A DNA stretch of 64,000 bases from Lama guanicoe. Taxonomy: Eukaryota. The translations under genes and the position numbers were made by a program. Below, one piece after another: positions 23,722 to 37,899 of the stretch. The stretch spans positions 7,522,831 to 7,586,830 of the forward strand of contig MU054830.1 in NCBI GenBank assembly GCA_013239625.1, read 5' to 3'. Under the pieces are notes generated by a model, which ran no database searches, was not told the origin of the DNA, and was given only the letters and a program-made list of their open reading frames with translations. Positions within the stretch are counted from its first letter, which is position 1; each line of letters starts with the position of its first letter.

Positions 23722-24789
23722 CTGACATGGCTGTTCCTACAGTATTATTTGATACAGTATTTCTGAAGATGCCACTGATGGTCACTTTCACCCACTGGAT
23801 TAGAAAGAGCTAGCGGTTGGTAAACTTTGGGAGAAGTGGCAGCTTGTGAGCACGGAGGAAGTGTGGAGAGAAGGTGGTGGTGAGGTCTGAATGTTGGTGC
23901 TGACTCTTGAGCAAAGGTGGGCCTGCTGTGGAGGGAGAGAGGTTCCAGGCAACAACTGGAGACCCTTGATCTGTGGGGTGTCTGAAGGTTATGTGAGAAT
24001 TATAAATTTAACACATGTAAAGTGCTTAGAACAGTGCCTGCACGCAGTAGGTACTTAATACATAGCATTTTAGAATTGAAATTTTATTATTATTACTATT
24101 TAGCTATGCAGTCATGAAAAGATTGCACTGTTTCTCCGAAGTTGTATCCTTATCTGCACAATGAGGATAATAGTGCCTATTTCATGAGTTTATCGTGGGT
24201 AAAATAGGATAGATGATGAGACGATGTGTGGACTATGGACAGGTAGAGCTGGGATGCTGTTGGGCAGAGCTGCCTGCACATTTACATGGGAGTGGAGACT
24301 CCTTAAGGAAATGGACTAGGATTCAGACTCCGAGGGAGCCATCCTCAAGGCCAGACTGTGAAAGTAGGTAAGCAAGGAAGCTCTCTGGAAAAAAGGCACT
24401 TTGCAGGCCAAGACCAAGGCTGGCCTCTGCCCACAAGCCAGGGTGAGGCAGGGATGCTCTGGGGCCAGAGCTCATCCTCCCTGGCCTGTGAGTGAATCAC
24501 AGGTCCAGGCTGTTTGGGTGACTCTTTGTGGATTGAGCATATGCCTCAGTTGGAATACCTTATTCTCAAGCTTGTAGATGATGAAAACCTAGGGGAATTG
24601 TCAGATTTTTCCCTGAGAGTGAGGCAGAGGGCAGGGCACCTAGTGCAGCAGAGGTGAGGCTTTTAAGTGCTCTCTCTACCTAGACAGCCAGAGCATTGAC
24701 TCCACTAGCCATGGTGGAAACAAGGTGCATTGCTTTATGGCTGGAATGTTGCGTGGCCTGAGCAACTCCCTTCACATTTTCTTTTAAAT

Positions 24790-26430
24790 AAAAAAAAATT
24801 GCTATTTTGTAAAGTATTTACAGTAAAATGTGTAAAGCATAAGTATATTGCTCAATAAATTATCACAAAGTAAACACATGTGACTGGTGTAACTGTCACT
24901 TAAATAAAGAAATAGAATATTGCCCAAACAGGAAGCCATCTGTATACCACTTTCTCAGCACAGTTGTCCTGGTGCCTGCGAAGTGAAATCAATATCCTGA
25001 CTTTCACATAAGCATTTCATTGCTTACCTTAGAGTTTTAACACCTAGGAGTCAATTTTTAAACATAATAGTTGAGTAGCTTCTTTTGCTCAACATCGTTG
25101 TAAGATTCATCTGTATTGCTGCATCTAGCCAAAGTTTGTTCATGTTCTTTGCTGTGTGAAGATACTTTAGTTTACAATATTTATTGATTCTAATGATGAT
25201 GGACATTTGACTGTTTATAACTTGGGGATTCATGAGTAAATGCTGCTGCCAACATTTTTTTTGTGTTTCCTGGTAAACATATACATGCATTTGGTTGGGT
25301 TTGTACCTTGGAATTGACTTGCTAGGTTATACTCAATATGTGTTTTCAACTTTAATAGATTTTGCTAGATTATTTCCGAAGTGGTTGTACCAATTTACCT
25401 TCCCACCAGGAGTGATTAAGAATCTTAATTGCTCCACATTCTCACCAATACAATCTTTTTAACTTTAGTCATTTTGGTAAGTGTGTACTAATTGTGATGT
25501 GTTTAAGATTTTTTTAAAATAACAGTTTTATTAACATGTAATTCATCTACCATACAATTCACTCATGTAGAATGTACAGATACAAGATTTTTAGTATATT
25601 CACAGAATTGTGTAACCATCACTTATTGTTTGTACCTTTTCCTTTCCTAATTTCTAGTGGATGAGCACCTCTTCACATGTTTATAGGTCATTTGGATTTC
25701 TTCTGTGATGTGTCTTTTTAAGTCTCTGCGTCAGTTGTGGGGGGGGGGTTGTCCATCCTTTTCAAATAGTTCCATTGGAGTCCTTAAAAAATTCTGTGCA
25801 TGAGCCTTTCTTCAATTTGTGGTATTTTACTTGTTTAATAGTACTATCTAATAAACAGGTGTTTTCACTTTCATTGCATGTAAATTCAACAGTTTTTTTT
25901 CTTTATGTTGGGAACTTTATGTTTCCTGTTTAAGAAATACTATACTTCCCTAAGTCAGGTCATGAAGTTAGTCTCCTATATTATCTCCTAGAAAATCTGT
26001 TGTTTTGCCTTTCATGTTACATCTATGATACACTCGGAAATGATTTCAGTGTACGATGTGAATTAAGGAGGTCAAATTTTATTTTTATTCCATTAGAATA
26101 TCCAATTTTCCTACACTGTTTATTCAATACATCACCCATTCCCCACTGCTTTGCAGGGCCACCTTTGGCATAAATCAGGTATCCATTTATGCATAGGTCT
26201 GTTTAGAGCTTTCTTTTTCTGTTCCATTGATTGAATTGTGCATGTTTGGGCCAATACCACACTGTCTTAATCACTGTAACTTTAGAATGTGATTTGATAT
26301 TTGATATCTGGAAAAGCAAGTTAGCTTTTTTTCTTTTTTCTTTTTCATTTTTATTCAAAAGCGTTTTGGCTATTCCTAGCTCTTTGCATTTCCCTATCAA
26401 TTTAAGAATCACCTTGTCAAGTCCCACAAG
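24790..26430 (-). mobile_element. Old L1M element (3' UTR and ORF2 C-terminal relic) with a nested L1 3'-end fragment at ~25510-25625
   Basis: Minus-strand ORF 26203-26463 gives DKVILKLI...IAKTLL...VIKTVWYW...QWNR, typical of L1 ORF2. Antisense L1M 3' UTR sequence (gtggttgtaccaattta...cccaccag). Confidence 0.85.
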
Positions 26431-28359
26431 AGGGTCTGTTAGAATTTCCCTCTTCCCTGCCACCCCACTTTTACGAAGTGGATCTCAGAATTGTTTCTTA
26501 TCACTTTGTGAGTGACAGTATTCCAGGTCTACCAAGTTCAGGTGCACTGCAACTATGATATGATGGTCATGACTTCCGTAGGAAGCCACCTCCAGACCAG
26601 TAGTTGTGGAATTGTCCAGACTTGAGGGCTGTTTAAGTTCCTGGCCTACGGGAGGAGCCAGGACTCATTTAGGAGATGAATCAGCATATCTGGGGACTCT
26701 TGGACACATGAGAAGAGGACTGCAGGAAAAGAAAAGAATCTGCTAACTTGAGGAGGGAGAACTTGGAGTCATTGTAACTTAAGTATCAAGATGTGTGTTT
26801 GGAAGCTGGTGAAATATAATCATTCTGATTCCTGAGGACAGAAAGAGTGAAAGGCCGCTATAAGCCCCAAACAATGCCAAGTCACAGAAGATGTTCATTA
26901 AATGTTACCTTCCTCACTTCTCTTGCTTTGCCCTAACTACCTGTGCTGCTTTAGGCAACACACTGAAGGCTTCGCAGTTTGTGATCAGATGGGGAATTCC
27001 TTTGAGCAGTCATGTTGCCTGTGATGCCAAAGAGACAAAGCTGTGAGCAACCACCAACATGCCTAACTTGTACTGACCGTGCCTTGCTTTATGTTTACTG
27101 TTTCTGGGAGAATTCTGAAAGCATCCCCAACGCAATAATCATTTGGGTTTTTCTGTTTTCTGCCTAGCATTTTTTTTCTTAAATGAAGAAAACTTCTTAA
27201 GAAACAACAAAACTCTTAACACTGAATTATACTGAGGTGTTTTGCTAGTTTAGTTGCTTTGGACCTGTGTCTGAGCCCTGCAGTGGGAGACAGCCATCAA
27301 GCTGTGAAGCTGAATGTTATCCTAACTCCCCTTTGTTAACAGCTTCGTGCTGGGAACTTTCCATCTGCTGCTGCCAGCAGGGTGTCTCTCTTTCCGGAAC
27401 CTGTCATCCACGACCTGCCAGCATTCAGAGACATCATCTTCTCTGGTTATTGGAAACTTCTAGGGAACAGTTTTCCTTTTGTTTTTGAAGACTGTAACTA
27501 TGGACATGAAAGGAGAGATTGACAATAGTGATACCTTTGGTTTCTGTAGATGAAGGAGGTTTCTTCCTAGTTTCATGGAAACCAGAAAAAGGATCTGTCA
27601 CAAATGCCTTATTAAAGTTATCTTTATTTTTGAAGAGTCAAATAGAGGAGCTACTTCCCAGTGGGTCCCTTTGGGAGGGTTTGGGATAATTAGAGGGTCC
27701 TACAAAAGCATCACAATAAAACCAGACACAACAGATGACACATTAAATAGTACCATGGGTTCCGTTTCCTTTTCTGAATTCTCTGAGTAGAAGCTTTATC
27801 AGGAGGGAGAGTCTAATCTCTGGCGACCATGATGGAGATGTGCTTCCCATCAGAGAATGAAGGAACTCTCACTTCTTCTGTTTTCTCTCTAGGATTTCCA
27901 TATCAGAATCAAGAGACATGTTGGTTTCCACAGTTGTTTCCAGTTTGCTGCTTGTGATTGAGGTCCAGGGAACTCTAGAAACACGCACGACACATCCTTG
28001 CTGCACAGATACCCTCTTCTCTTGTTTCTTTCGCCCAGTCTCACATGCCTGGTACTCTTACATGTTCTCTTTCTCCAAAATTTCAATAAAAAATGACCTT
28101 GAGATCTTGCACTCATTCTAAGGGAGAGATGCTTGCAAAATCAGATGGATTCATTAGATCAAAAACTTAAAGGAGTGAAGCTCTGAGATAAAATTCTACG
28201 AATCAGCCAGTTGGTGGGAGAGTTTAATGACTTTTCTTTCCTTCCCTCCTTTTCCCCTTCCTTCCTCTTTTCCTGTAGGAGTCATAGACCTAGCATTTTT
28301 CTTCCAGGAACCTCTATTCTAATTGGTGACACCATCACACATAAACCAAATTTGAACAG

Positions 28360-28560
28360 CAGTGATGATATAACAGCACTACTTACTCAGCATTTACATA
28401 AACAACATGCCAAGTGTCATATGTTTTACTACATTTAATTCTTATACCAGTTCTGTGATGTTAGTAGTATTATTTAGCACATTTTTATAGATGGGAAAGC
28501 TGAGGCTTAGAGAGATTAAGAGCTTTCCTGATAAACACTCACCTGAGTGGAAGATTCAAG
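28360..28560 (-). mobile_element. MIR SINE
   Basis: catttttatagatgggaaagctgaggcttagagagattaag. Confidence 0.7.
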
Positions 28561-29473
28561 CTGGTCTTACTTCCAATCAGTTTGATAATTCAGCCCTCTG
28601 CTGAGCCTCACAGGCTACAGTAATTTGGTCTGTAAGAGAAGAAATAAAATGTCAGTGAGTGAAGCTTTGTGGATTTGATAGGACTTGAGTTGGTAAATAT
28701 ATATATATGGAGGAACTGGACAAGTGAGTCTCATTTATGACCTAATTTTGCCCTCAATTCTATTCAGTTCTTTCCCTTCAGAAACAATAGTCTTTCTCAT
28801 TGCCATACACCAGTGTTTGGAGTGTAGTAGTTTTCCACTTTAAGTAAAAACTGGTTATCATTAATCACTGAATGAAGTCCTGTTTCCTCTGGGGGTCTTC
28901 TTTTGGTTGCTGATAAATCTTTCTAATTAGCTGTGAAGATCATGAAAAGTAGATGTCTTGTTTTAATCATAAACCACTTGGTCCACTGGCATTCGTGTGA
29001 AAGCTTGAATCCTTATTTTCCTTTACCAAATTGCTTTGAGTTTATGACATTTTTAGATCTTCTGTAAGTCCACAGAGCTCAGGATTGCAAAATCTATGCG
29101 TTGTTTTCAGTAACTCAATCACAGAAAAGCAAAGCAAACAAAAAAGCAAAAGAAAGCATTGACACATTGTCAGTGGTGTATTTTCCCATATGTTGGTGGG
29201 ATATTAAAGATCTTTGAGATCTTTGCAGATAATTCAATGCAGGCCTGGCTCTAAGAATAAAAGCTGGCATACTGATCAGTGAGGGAGAATTTTTTTTTTC
29301 TCAGAAGCTAAAATGAACTTTTCCAAGAGTTTGGGGAGAAGATTATGGGATTAGAAGTTACACTACAATTGGCCTTTAGTGTTAAGATGTAACATTAGGT
29401 CAGGTTCAGTACATAGTGGCCACAGCTGGAATAATCAAATCTCAGCTGAAGTCTTCTCCATGTCCAGGCATGT

Positions 29474-29656
29474 CAGTGGTTCTCAAACTTCAGCAGGAAT
29501 CAGAATCATCTGGAGGGTTTGTCACAGCACAGACGGTGGGCCCCAGGCTAGAGTTTCTGACTCAGGAGTTTTCTGATGGGGCCTGAGGGCTGCCCTGCTG
29601 ACATGTTCTCAGGTGGTGCTGACGTTGCCGGGGCAGGTACCAAAGTTTGAGACTGT
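29474..29656. mobile_element. MER5A hAT-Charlie MITE
   Basis: Terminal inverted repeat CAGTGGTTCTCAAACTT ... AAGTTTGAGA; internal atcagaatcatctggagg. Confidence 0.85.
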
Positions 29657-32559
29657 AATTTACAATTCCAGCTCAGCGCTAACCAGCCATGCGCTCTGAG
29701 CGCTCTTTGGTGTCTTTTCCCCTTGAATCACCTGCATCTAGTCCAGTGCAGGTTTAAGAACCTCTTTAACCACTGTGATATATAATAGCCCCTGCTGGGA
29801 TCCCAGCTGATAAAAAAATACGTATTTAATCATTATTCCCTTCAGCTTAAGTGGGATCTTCTTTGCTTGAAACATTGGTGGGAATTTTCTATTTCTGGGG
29901 AGCTCTGAGGATGAACTACTGCTGTTCTTCAGTACGAGGTCATGCAACGAACACCTGAGTCTGATCCTCGTGTGAATGTAGAAGTTACGGCATTGAACAG
30001 GGTGCATGAAGCCTGATCATTACTTTCAGCACCTATATTTTGAAAAGAAAACACTGTTAAGTATGAAAGTCACATGCTTCTGTTCTTGTCTTTGTATATG
30101 TCACAGCACCTAATAGAATATCTTGAGTTTAGTGGGTGTTCAGTAAATGTGGAGCTGAAACATTGAATTTTAAATTTAAACTTAGTGCCAAGATCTCATC
30201 TGTAAAACAGTAGCCTTTGAGTAGATAAAAATAATCCAAATTTTGTACACTTGTTATGTGAATTGAAATTTATAGAGCATTGGGGGGAACAAATTATCTG
30301 TGTTCCTCATATCTTTATAAAAGTTAAATGTAATTACTTAGCATTTGGGGCTCAGATCATAGAGGAAACTACATGACAAGAATTCGTGTTCCCCTGACCA
30401 GGATTTCTGGGAGTAACCTTCTGGCTCAGTGCCTTTTAAAAGGCTTTTCCCTTTTAGCCATTGATGGCTGGGTCCTGAATGTAGTTGAAAATGTGGTTTT
30501 GTATCATAGCAGAAACACTGTGAACCCCAGTTGAGCACCACCTCAGAAGGAGTTTGACCCACTATGAACCCAGGAGGATGAGCACTGTCCCTGAGTCTTC
30601 ATGAGTGAAGACTCAACAAGAGATTACTGAAACTACTCTCTTATAAAATATGGTCTAGGTGCAACTCCAGCCTCCCTGTGGAATTGAACTGAAATTAATC
30701 TTCAGCAGAAACCCAACTCAAGACCACTGGCTTCAGAGGTGGTCTTAAGAAGCCTACCCTGAAGATGGGGTTCTAGAGTTGGCTCATTTACTTTCTGATT
30801 GGCAATGCGGAGCCCACTGTTGAAGACTCAATAGACCAGGTTCTTATTCTATTGTCTCAGCTGGGGGAGCATCAGAGAAATGGCTGTGATTTCTTGCGGG
30901 ATGCTTTGGCTTATAAGAACTGAGTCCTTTTCCCCCAGAAATCTACCCTCTTCTCCTTTCTTGCCACCTGGCTCACCTCCAAGGCCAGGCAATGATTGTC
31001 ATATTAAAAAAAAAAATCAGTTGGAATCACTGGACTCAGCACACCCAATACATGTGGATAATTCCATTTTCTATTTTTAAATGTCAGGGCAAATTCCTTC
31101 ATTCTTTAGTTAATAAATGAAATTGTCCAGAGGGACATTATGAGTAACCCACTCTTGTTATCCATCCTCAAATGGGTACATGAATGGCAAAGTTACAACA
31201 TAAAACTGCTTGGGAAATAGTTCCTTGCCTAGTACTCAAACAATTGGTGTGACATGAATATAAAATAGTTCCTATTTTATCATCCCATTTACAGTTAGTA
31301 TCAAAAAATTGACTAGTTAGGTAATGAATTGATATTTTTATATTTCTTGTAATTATTATATTCTCTTTTAGTGTCTTAGAAAGATACTTTTCTTGGAGAT
31401 GACTATCAGGAATATCAGTGTTTTTCCTGAACAAATGGTTAGTTTTCATCTCAAACAATGTGAAATTGTAGCAAACCAAGTTTCTATGCTCACAGTAGGT
31501 AGTAGACAGCTTGGGCCCTATTTGTGACTCGTCTTTTAATTTACAGGTTACGTGCTTCTGCCTTTGTGTGTGTGTTTTGTATTCCTTTCTTGCGTACTTT
31601 ATAAAAAAGACTATAATTTAAAAAATTTTCATGTTTATCTTAGAATATTTGGAAAATATGAAAAAGCAAAAACAACAAACCCGGAATATTTTTGCAGTCT
31701 CTTCCTATGTGTGTATACATCTTTCTATTTAAATAGATTGGCATATTAGTATGTAACTGTGTTGTAAGCCACTTTTTTCTTTAAACAACTTGTCTCTCAT
31801 CACTCACTCTTAACTTATGCTATCCTTCCGTGTTTATATATCTTTGTAAACCTCCTAAAATCCTTTTAGAACAAGGAAGGATATATGTGAATAATCACAC
31901 TTAAAAAAACAAACTTATACCTGGTGACTTCATACAGACTGATAAGGAGATTGTTATCAAACAAAAGATGAAGAATACAGTGAAGTCCCCTGTAGTTTCA
32001 TGACGTTTGTGATGGAGAAATGAATAAAGTGAATACCCTTCATCTAGAAATAGGCCATCCTTCATACCAAAATGCATAGCAGGCCTATCTTCAAGAAAAT
32101 ATGGTCTCTAAGTGGTGTTTTCATGAGGGTGACAGATTTGTACCACACTTAGGTCTTGACTCAGCTGGGCCAAACGTCCAGTCCTTTGGGGATCTCATAG
32201 TCAGGGATCAGCAGGAAGCTCACTGAACCACACAGGGTTGAGGCCCAGTTTCATTCTTGTTAGTTGCATACTAACCCATGGAGCCAATCAGCTTAGCCTA
32301 TGGGTCACCACCTGCTCTCTGGCTGGCTCTCTTGGGGTTCTTGACAGTTCTTGCAGGGTTACAGTGTGAAATGCTATAACGCTCTCAGCCTCCTGGGAGC
32401 AATTTGTAAGGATTCATGCCAACTCTGTGAATTGTCCTGCCAAGAGATAAGGCATAACTTACTTGGTTGTAAAATCATGTCCCTTGAAAAGATGCCCATG
32501 GCTGCACATGGATTCCTGAGTATTCCAAGGCTGATTACATTAAGAAGTCTCACCAGCCA

Positions 32560-32850
32560 GTCCTCCTTGCTCCTTTTGTTCTGTGCCTGTGCTCTCTGCC
32601 TGGAATGCCCTTACTTTGCATTTTCACTAGGGCGGTCCCTTAGGACGCTGAGGCATCTCTTCCTCCAGGAAGTCTTGTGTACATTTCTGCTGCATCTTCT
32701 CCTGTGCATATGGCTTACACAGCACTTAGCAATTTTTACACCATAATTGCTGACTATCATGTGCCCCATTGGACTGCAAGCTGTTTAAGCCCAGGGCACA
32801 GGTTTCCTTCCTTATTATAGGAGCACACTGTTTGTGGAATGAATGAATAA
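32560..32850 (+). mobile_element. L2 3' end
   Basis: ctctgcctggaatgccctt...ggactgcaagct...ggaatgaatgaat tail. Confidence 0.65.
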
Positions 32851-33737
32851 TATGTAGATTTTTCTTATCAATATGGACTTTTTGAGGTGAGGTTAAGCAT
32901 ATATAAGCAAAAATAGTTTGAATATTATCTATAGCTAAAAGAAGTGATCAGAAGAGCCATTACAATGGCGAGAAAGAACACTAGGGCCTAGGAGTTATCG
33001 CTTTTTTTTTTGCTATTGGGCCCCTGAGACAATGTCTGTTTTTTTACACTGTGAGTGTAAAATGTCTTTCTTTGTTTTTTTTCTTAAGAATTATTTTTAC
33101 ATGCTTTTTCCCCTCAATCATAGAGAAGATGCATTCAAAATGACAACATCTCAATTTTTTATTTTAATGAAACCTAGATAAATAAGAACTTAACTAGGCA
33201 GAATTGTTAATTAACTGGACCCCACCTGAACCAGACTTAAGAGAAAAAAGCAAAGAGAAAGTAATTAAAGAATCATTTTCAAGAATGGCTGCCAGAAAAA
33301 GTCCGGAGTTCAGTCAGTACTCATTTAATCCATTTCTTCATTTATTGAAGTATATAAAAATAATCAATTTTCATGGTGATGTTACATCAAAAATTTCTTA
33401 ATTAAAAAAATAATGACTGATAACAGGAGTAATACATTTAGAAATGTTCTCAGTGAAAACTCAAAAAATCATTTAAGTATAAATAGAACATCCTAGTTAG
33501 GCAATCAAGTTTCCTAAATTAAGTCCTAAATGTCAATTAAATACTCTGTATAAAGAAAACACTGTCAACAAATTAATCATGGACATACATGCGAGACACC
33601 TTAAAACAATTGCTTTTCGCTCTTTTGAAGGAAACTTTCATTTTCAAGAAGTCAGAGAGTAAATGACTATGTGAGACCCATAAGTAAGGCTTTGTTTAAA
33701 TGATATCTCTCATCTCTCCACTGCTGAGAAATAGTAA

Positions 33738-34090
33738 TGTATTAGTTAGGGTTATTAATCCTAGCTGCTGCAACATGCAAATCTCCAAATCTCAGTAGCT
33801 TAATGTAATAAAGTTTGTTTCTTGCTCACATAGAGTCCAGTTTGGACTGGGAGTCCTCCATTTGGTAGCCATCCCACCTGGGCCACAGGATCTCCAAAGT
33901 CACTGTTGCAAAGAAGAAGATGAAGAAGGCACACGAGTCTTCGTTGTCTTGGTCTAGAAGTGACACATGTCACTGTGGTTCACAGTCTAATTAGCAAGAT
34001 CTAATGACAGGGCCCCAAGTGACTGCAGGGGAGATTGGGACACGTACATGAGTATGCGATGATTGCTGAACATTAACTGTTTCTGCCACA
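33738..34090 (-). mobile_element. MaLR LTR (MLT1I/J-like)
   Basis: tgtattagttaggg...ctcagtagcttaa...tttcttgctcacat...tctgccaca. Confidence 0.7.
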
Positions 34091-34384
34091 ATATCCTTGG
34101 CAATTAGATTTCACCCACCCCCTTTTTCTGCCTGCTTATTATCGCTACTAAAGTTGATGGAGTGGGGAGTGGGAGGTGGGGAGAAACTGAGGACAAGGGG
34201 ACATCTGCATTGGGTATCTACTATCTCATCTGGTAGCAGAACCAACATTTCCTTATGAGAACCAGCTGCCTCCCAGTTTTAGTTCAGCTGGTTCTGGCTT
34301 GACGTTTCTGTTTCCTCCAGGACCGGTCACGTGCCCTGTGCATAACCAAGCAAAGAGAGCCATGAGACAGGAGACCCCTTCTTT

Positions 34385-34505
34385 TTCTTGTAGAATTAGT
34401 TTTATTTATTTATTCATTTACAGTGGAGGTACTGGGGATTGAACCCAGGACTTAATGCTTGCTAGGCACATGCTCTACCACTGAGCTGTAACGTACCTCT
34501 TACCC
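34385..34505 (-). mobile_element. Camelid vic-1 type SINE with 17-bp TSD, inserted in an older MLT1-like LTR (~34230-34785)
   Basis: tggaggtactggggattgaacccagg...ctctaccactgagct. TSD CAGGAGA[C/G]CCCTTCTTT at 34368-34384 and 34506-34522. Confidence 0.9.
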
Positions 34506-37500
34506 CAGGAGAGCCCTTCTTTCAGGCCTCCCTAACTTTAAGGGCTCTGTATGCCTATGATGCCAACAGCTGTGATAATATAGTGCCACTAGTAGATGTG
34601 TCTGCTTGAAAGTGAAGCCAAAGAGATTGTAGAGCAAGAGAAGAGACAGAATTTGGAAGACATCAGTAGAATCTTCAGCAGTGCCAATTCATGCCTTGAC
34701 TTCAACAGTTATGTAAGCCGTGTATTCCCCTAGTTTGAGTGAGGATGAGTTGGGTTTCTGTAACCTGCAGCTGAAAGAGAAGAGCTGGTAGATATCACTT
34801 TACAAAACTCCAAAACAGCATCATTATACCCCTTTGTCTTTAAACCCAAATATCTAGCAGTTTCTTAAGAAAGCACTGATAATTATAACCCATACATTTA
34901 CGTCACAGAATTGTTGCTTTTGTAATTTAATATAGATACCATATAAATGAAGAGTGATTGATTGTCCTATATGTGTTTCTTCTAATTCTAGCTCAACTAT
35001 TAGGAGCTTTTACAATTACTAGTTGGCTGATTACTGAGTCAAAATGGATTTAATCTGTCAGTTAATTATTTCCACTTGTGATAAGTCAAATATTTAAATC
35101 AGCTTCAAGAACGTTACAGGAGAACCTCCCCTCCATTCCTATCACCTCTACAAAATGAGACTGTTAGTTAACAGAATGTGTTGCAAATATCTAAAGTAAA
35201 TCTGAGTAATGTTTTCTTTGGCCACGATACCACAAAGGTATAGATCCAACAGCCACAACCAAGCTTTGCAGAATGTGTCAGGGAATTTGGCCCAGTTGTC
35301 CTATTTAACCCAACACTTCTGGAGAAAAGTCTGAAAGAAGATATGCAATAACTTTCTGGTGACCCAAACTATTGTAACCTCAGGCTCTAAATCACATGAC
35401 ATTTGCTTACTTTCTTTCCAATAGGCTGATTAATTATTTGTCTTTATTTAGTGTTCTCAGTCAGGAGCCAAAAGAAGTTGAAGCAGCTGGGGCCAATTTT
35501 TAAATTTAAAACTAACAGAGCAATTTGGCCGTCTGATGTGGAACCGAAGAGTGACTTTTCTTTAACATTGTCATCACCACAGTGTCCAACCTACTCTGTT
35601 CCAGATGTGCAACATCTGGGCTTTGAAGAGTGTGATTAGGAAATCAAGCAAGACAAGTATACATCCAAAATGAGATAAGAGGCTCCAACAGATCACTTTC
35701 CTTTCTTACATAGTTTCTTTGATCTGATTCTGTTAAAGTTTGCTGGAAACCCCTACCTGGAAAGCAGAAATCCTTCTCTTTTACAAGAAAGGCAGCAAAT
35801 GGTAAAGAAAGTTTTATTGTCCAAGATAATTAAATGAACTGAATAAGAATCCACATGCAAAATCCCCTAAATCCCTCCCTGTAGAATGTCCTCAGGTAAT
35901 ATGGGGAATTAGACCAAAATCTTCTTCCTGGCTGGACAGAAATTGTTACCGGCCCTAGAAGAGTGGGTAGGAGGAATCAAGTTTCTTCTTAGAAGATACT
36001 TCCTTTCTTCACAGATTGGAGCTTTTTTTCCTTCAACATATATAAAATAAACATTATTTTCTTCCTTATGTTATAGTGGAAATTTAACAACCCAGTTGAC
36101 AATTGTAAATGACAATAATTGATATATAGCAACTTTGATTGGGAAAGACTAATGGTAAACTTTAGGATTCTCTAGAGGTAGAAAGAGAATGGATCATTTG
36201 ACTATTCGCCTGCTCTTCATTAAAATTCTCCTTCTTATGTGGTTAACATACTCACTTCATGTCTAAAAAATCCAAAGTTATATTTATCAAGTCCAGATTG
36301 AAGCTCGTTGTCTCAGTTGAATATTAGCATAATCTTAATAATAGCACATACTTGCTTTGTCAACTAATTGTTGAGTATTTGTTGAGTATACCCTTCATGC
36401 TCACACGGTACTACGTGAATGGTGGCAGCGGATCAAGTCCCTACCTTGTTTACAGTCTAGTTGCTGAGGTAATACTAGCACAGATTAAACAGTGGTTACC
36501 AGTAAAAGGCAGCACACCATTAAAACCATGTTATGTGACATGGAATAAAACTTTGTAGGAGCTCAGAAAACAGGCTGCGGTCATGATAAATGAGCAGGAG
36601 TGAGAGATTGTTCTAGGGCTTAAGAGAGGTTTAGCCACAGATGGTGCACCTCACCCCCATGTGTGTCTGAAAAGTATACACCCTTACTCTGGGAAGCCAC
36701 AGGCTAATGCATCACCTCCACCGAGGAAACAGCATTTGTATCCTATTTATTGGGCTTTATTGCATAGACTTTATGCTCATTAGAGAGAATATTTACCCAT
36801 AATTTTTCTTATTCTTGTAAAAGAGTTCTTTGAAAGATAAGAGAGTCACTTTCCTGATGGAAGTATAGGACTCAGCGATGGAGAGGGCACTTTGGGATTG
36901 GGAGAATTGCCTGTGAAATCAAATTTAGGTAAAAAGATAGCTCAGCAGCCTTATGTAAATCGTTCCCTCATGTAGAAACAATAGTATGCACTGGATAATT
37001 CAATAGAAAACATTAGTCGTTTATCATCCTTAATTATCAGTCATCTCTTACTGCATCTGGTTTACATTTTTTATTAGAAAGGGTTTTTTTTTTTTTTGAG
37101 TTGGACCCGGGTATTTTTTTCTTCCGTTCATTATTTCATTGTGTTATTCTTTTAAAAATTCCATCACTAATTCCCATGATGTGAGGAGGTTTCTGTTTCA
37201 TAAGACACAATAAATCAAGCAGCTCCTCTGTTGTAACGTCGTCTTTACTGTGCATTTGTCATAGGCCCTGGACTGCTGAGTTTACTTAAGGTTAGAGAGT
37301 CAAGCTGCTTTGAGGACAAACTCAGCCAGCGCTGAGGGGTATGCATGCAGCCCCTCCAGAGGAGCCGAAGGTATACAACTTCAGTCAACTTGAGGAAGAA
37401 CAGCTGCTTCAGAAAAGTCAAGTGGCAAAAACTGACCCGGGGACACTAGGAAGTTTGCGTGCTATTGTCCTGCTACTCTGGACAGTGTATGGTGGCTGAA

Positions 37501-37554
37501 GTGCACTTTTGTGTGTCGAATTGGTGTGTAATAATCTTGTCTCATAATATAATG

Positions 37555-37720
37555 GTGGCAGCTAATAGTTCTCAAGAATCTTCTACATGCTCTGCATTAT
37601 GCAGTGTGCTTTTATACATTATCACATTTAATCCTCACAACCACCCTTTGAGGGAGGTAAATACTATTATTTACATCTTTCAGATGAGCAAACTATGACC
37701 TTAGAAAGGTATAGTTGCTT
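37555..37720 (-). mobile_element. MIR SINE
   Basis: tttaatcctcacaaccaccctttgagg...cagatgagcaaact. Confidence 0.7.
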
Positions 37721-37899
37721 GTTAATTTCTCAACCAGGGAGTTCCCAGGCCATAAATGTAGAATAAATCAGAACCTCAAACCTCCATGAGGTAGTTAAAG
37801 AGAGAATAATTTTTACTATGAAAATCCCAGGGCAAGATAGGTAAGCTTCTTGTTTTTTCTCCCCATGATAATGGGGTTTCTTTTTACTGAAGTTGTAGG

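Noticed and set aside
24220-24776. LTR-like block (similar blocks at ~32030-32530, ~48760-49250, ~53215-53680 and ~58860-59270)
   Set aside because: Probably ancient LTR relics, but I could not establish family, boundaries or TSDs from the sequence alone.
26203-26463. ORF resembling a real protein
   Set aside because: A degenerate L1 ORF2 fragment within an old L1.
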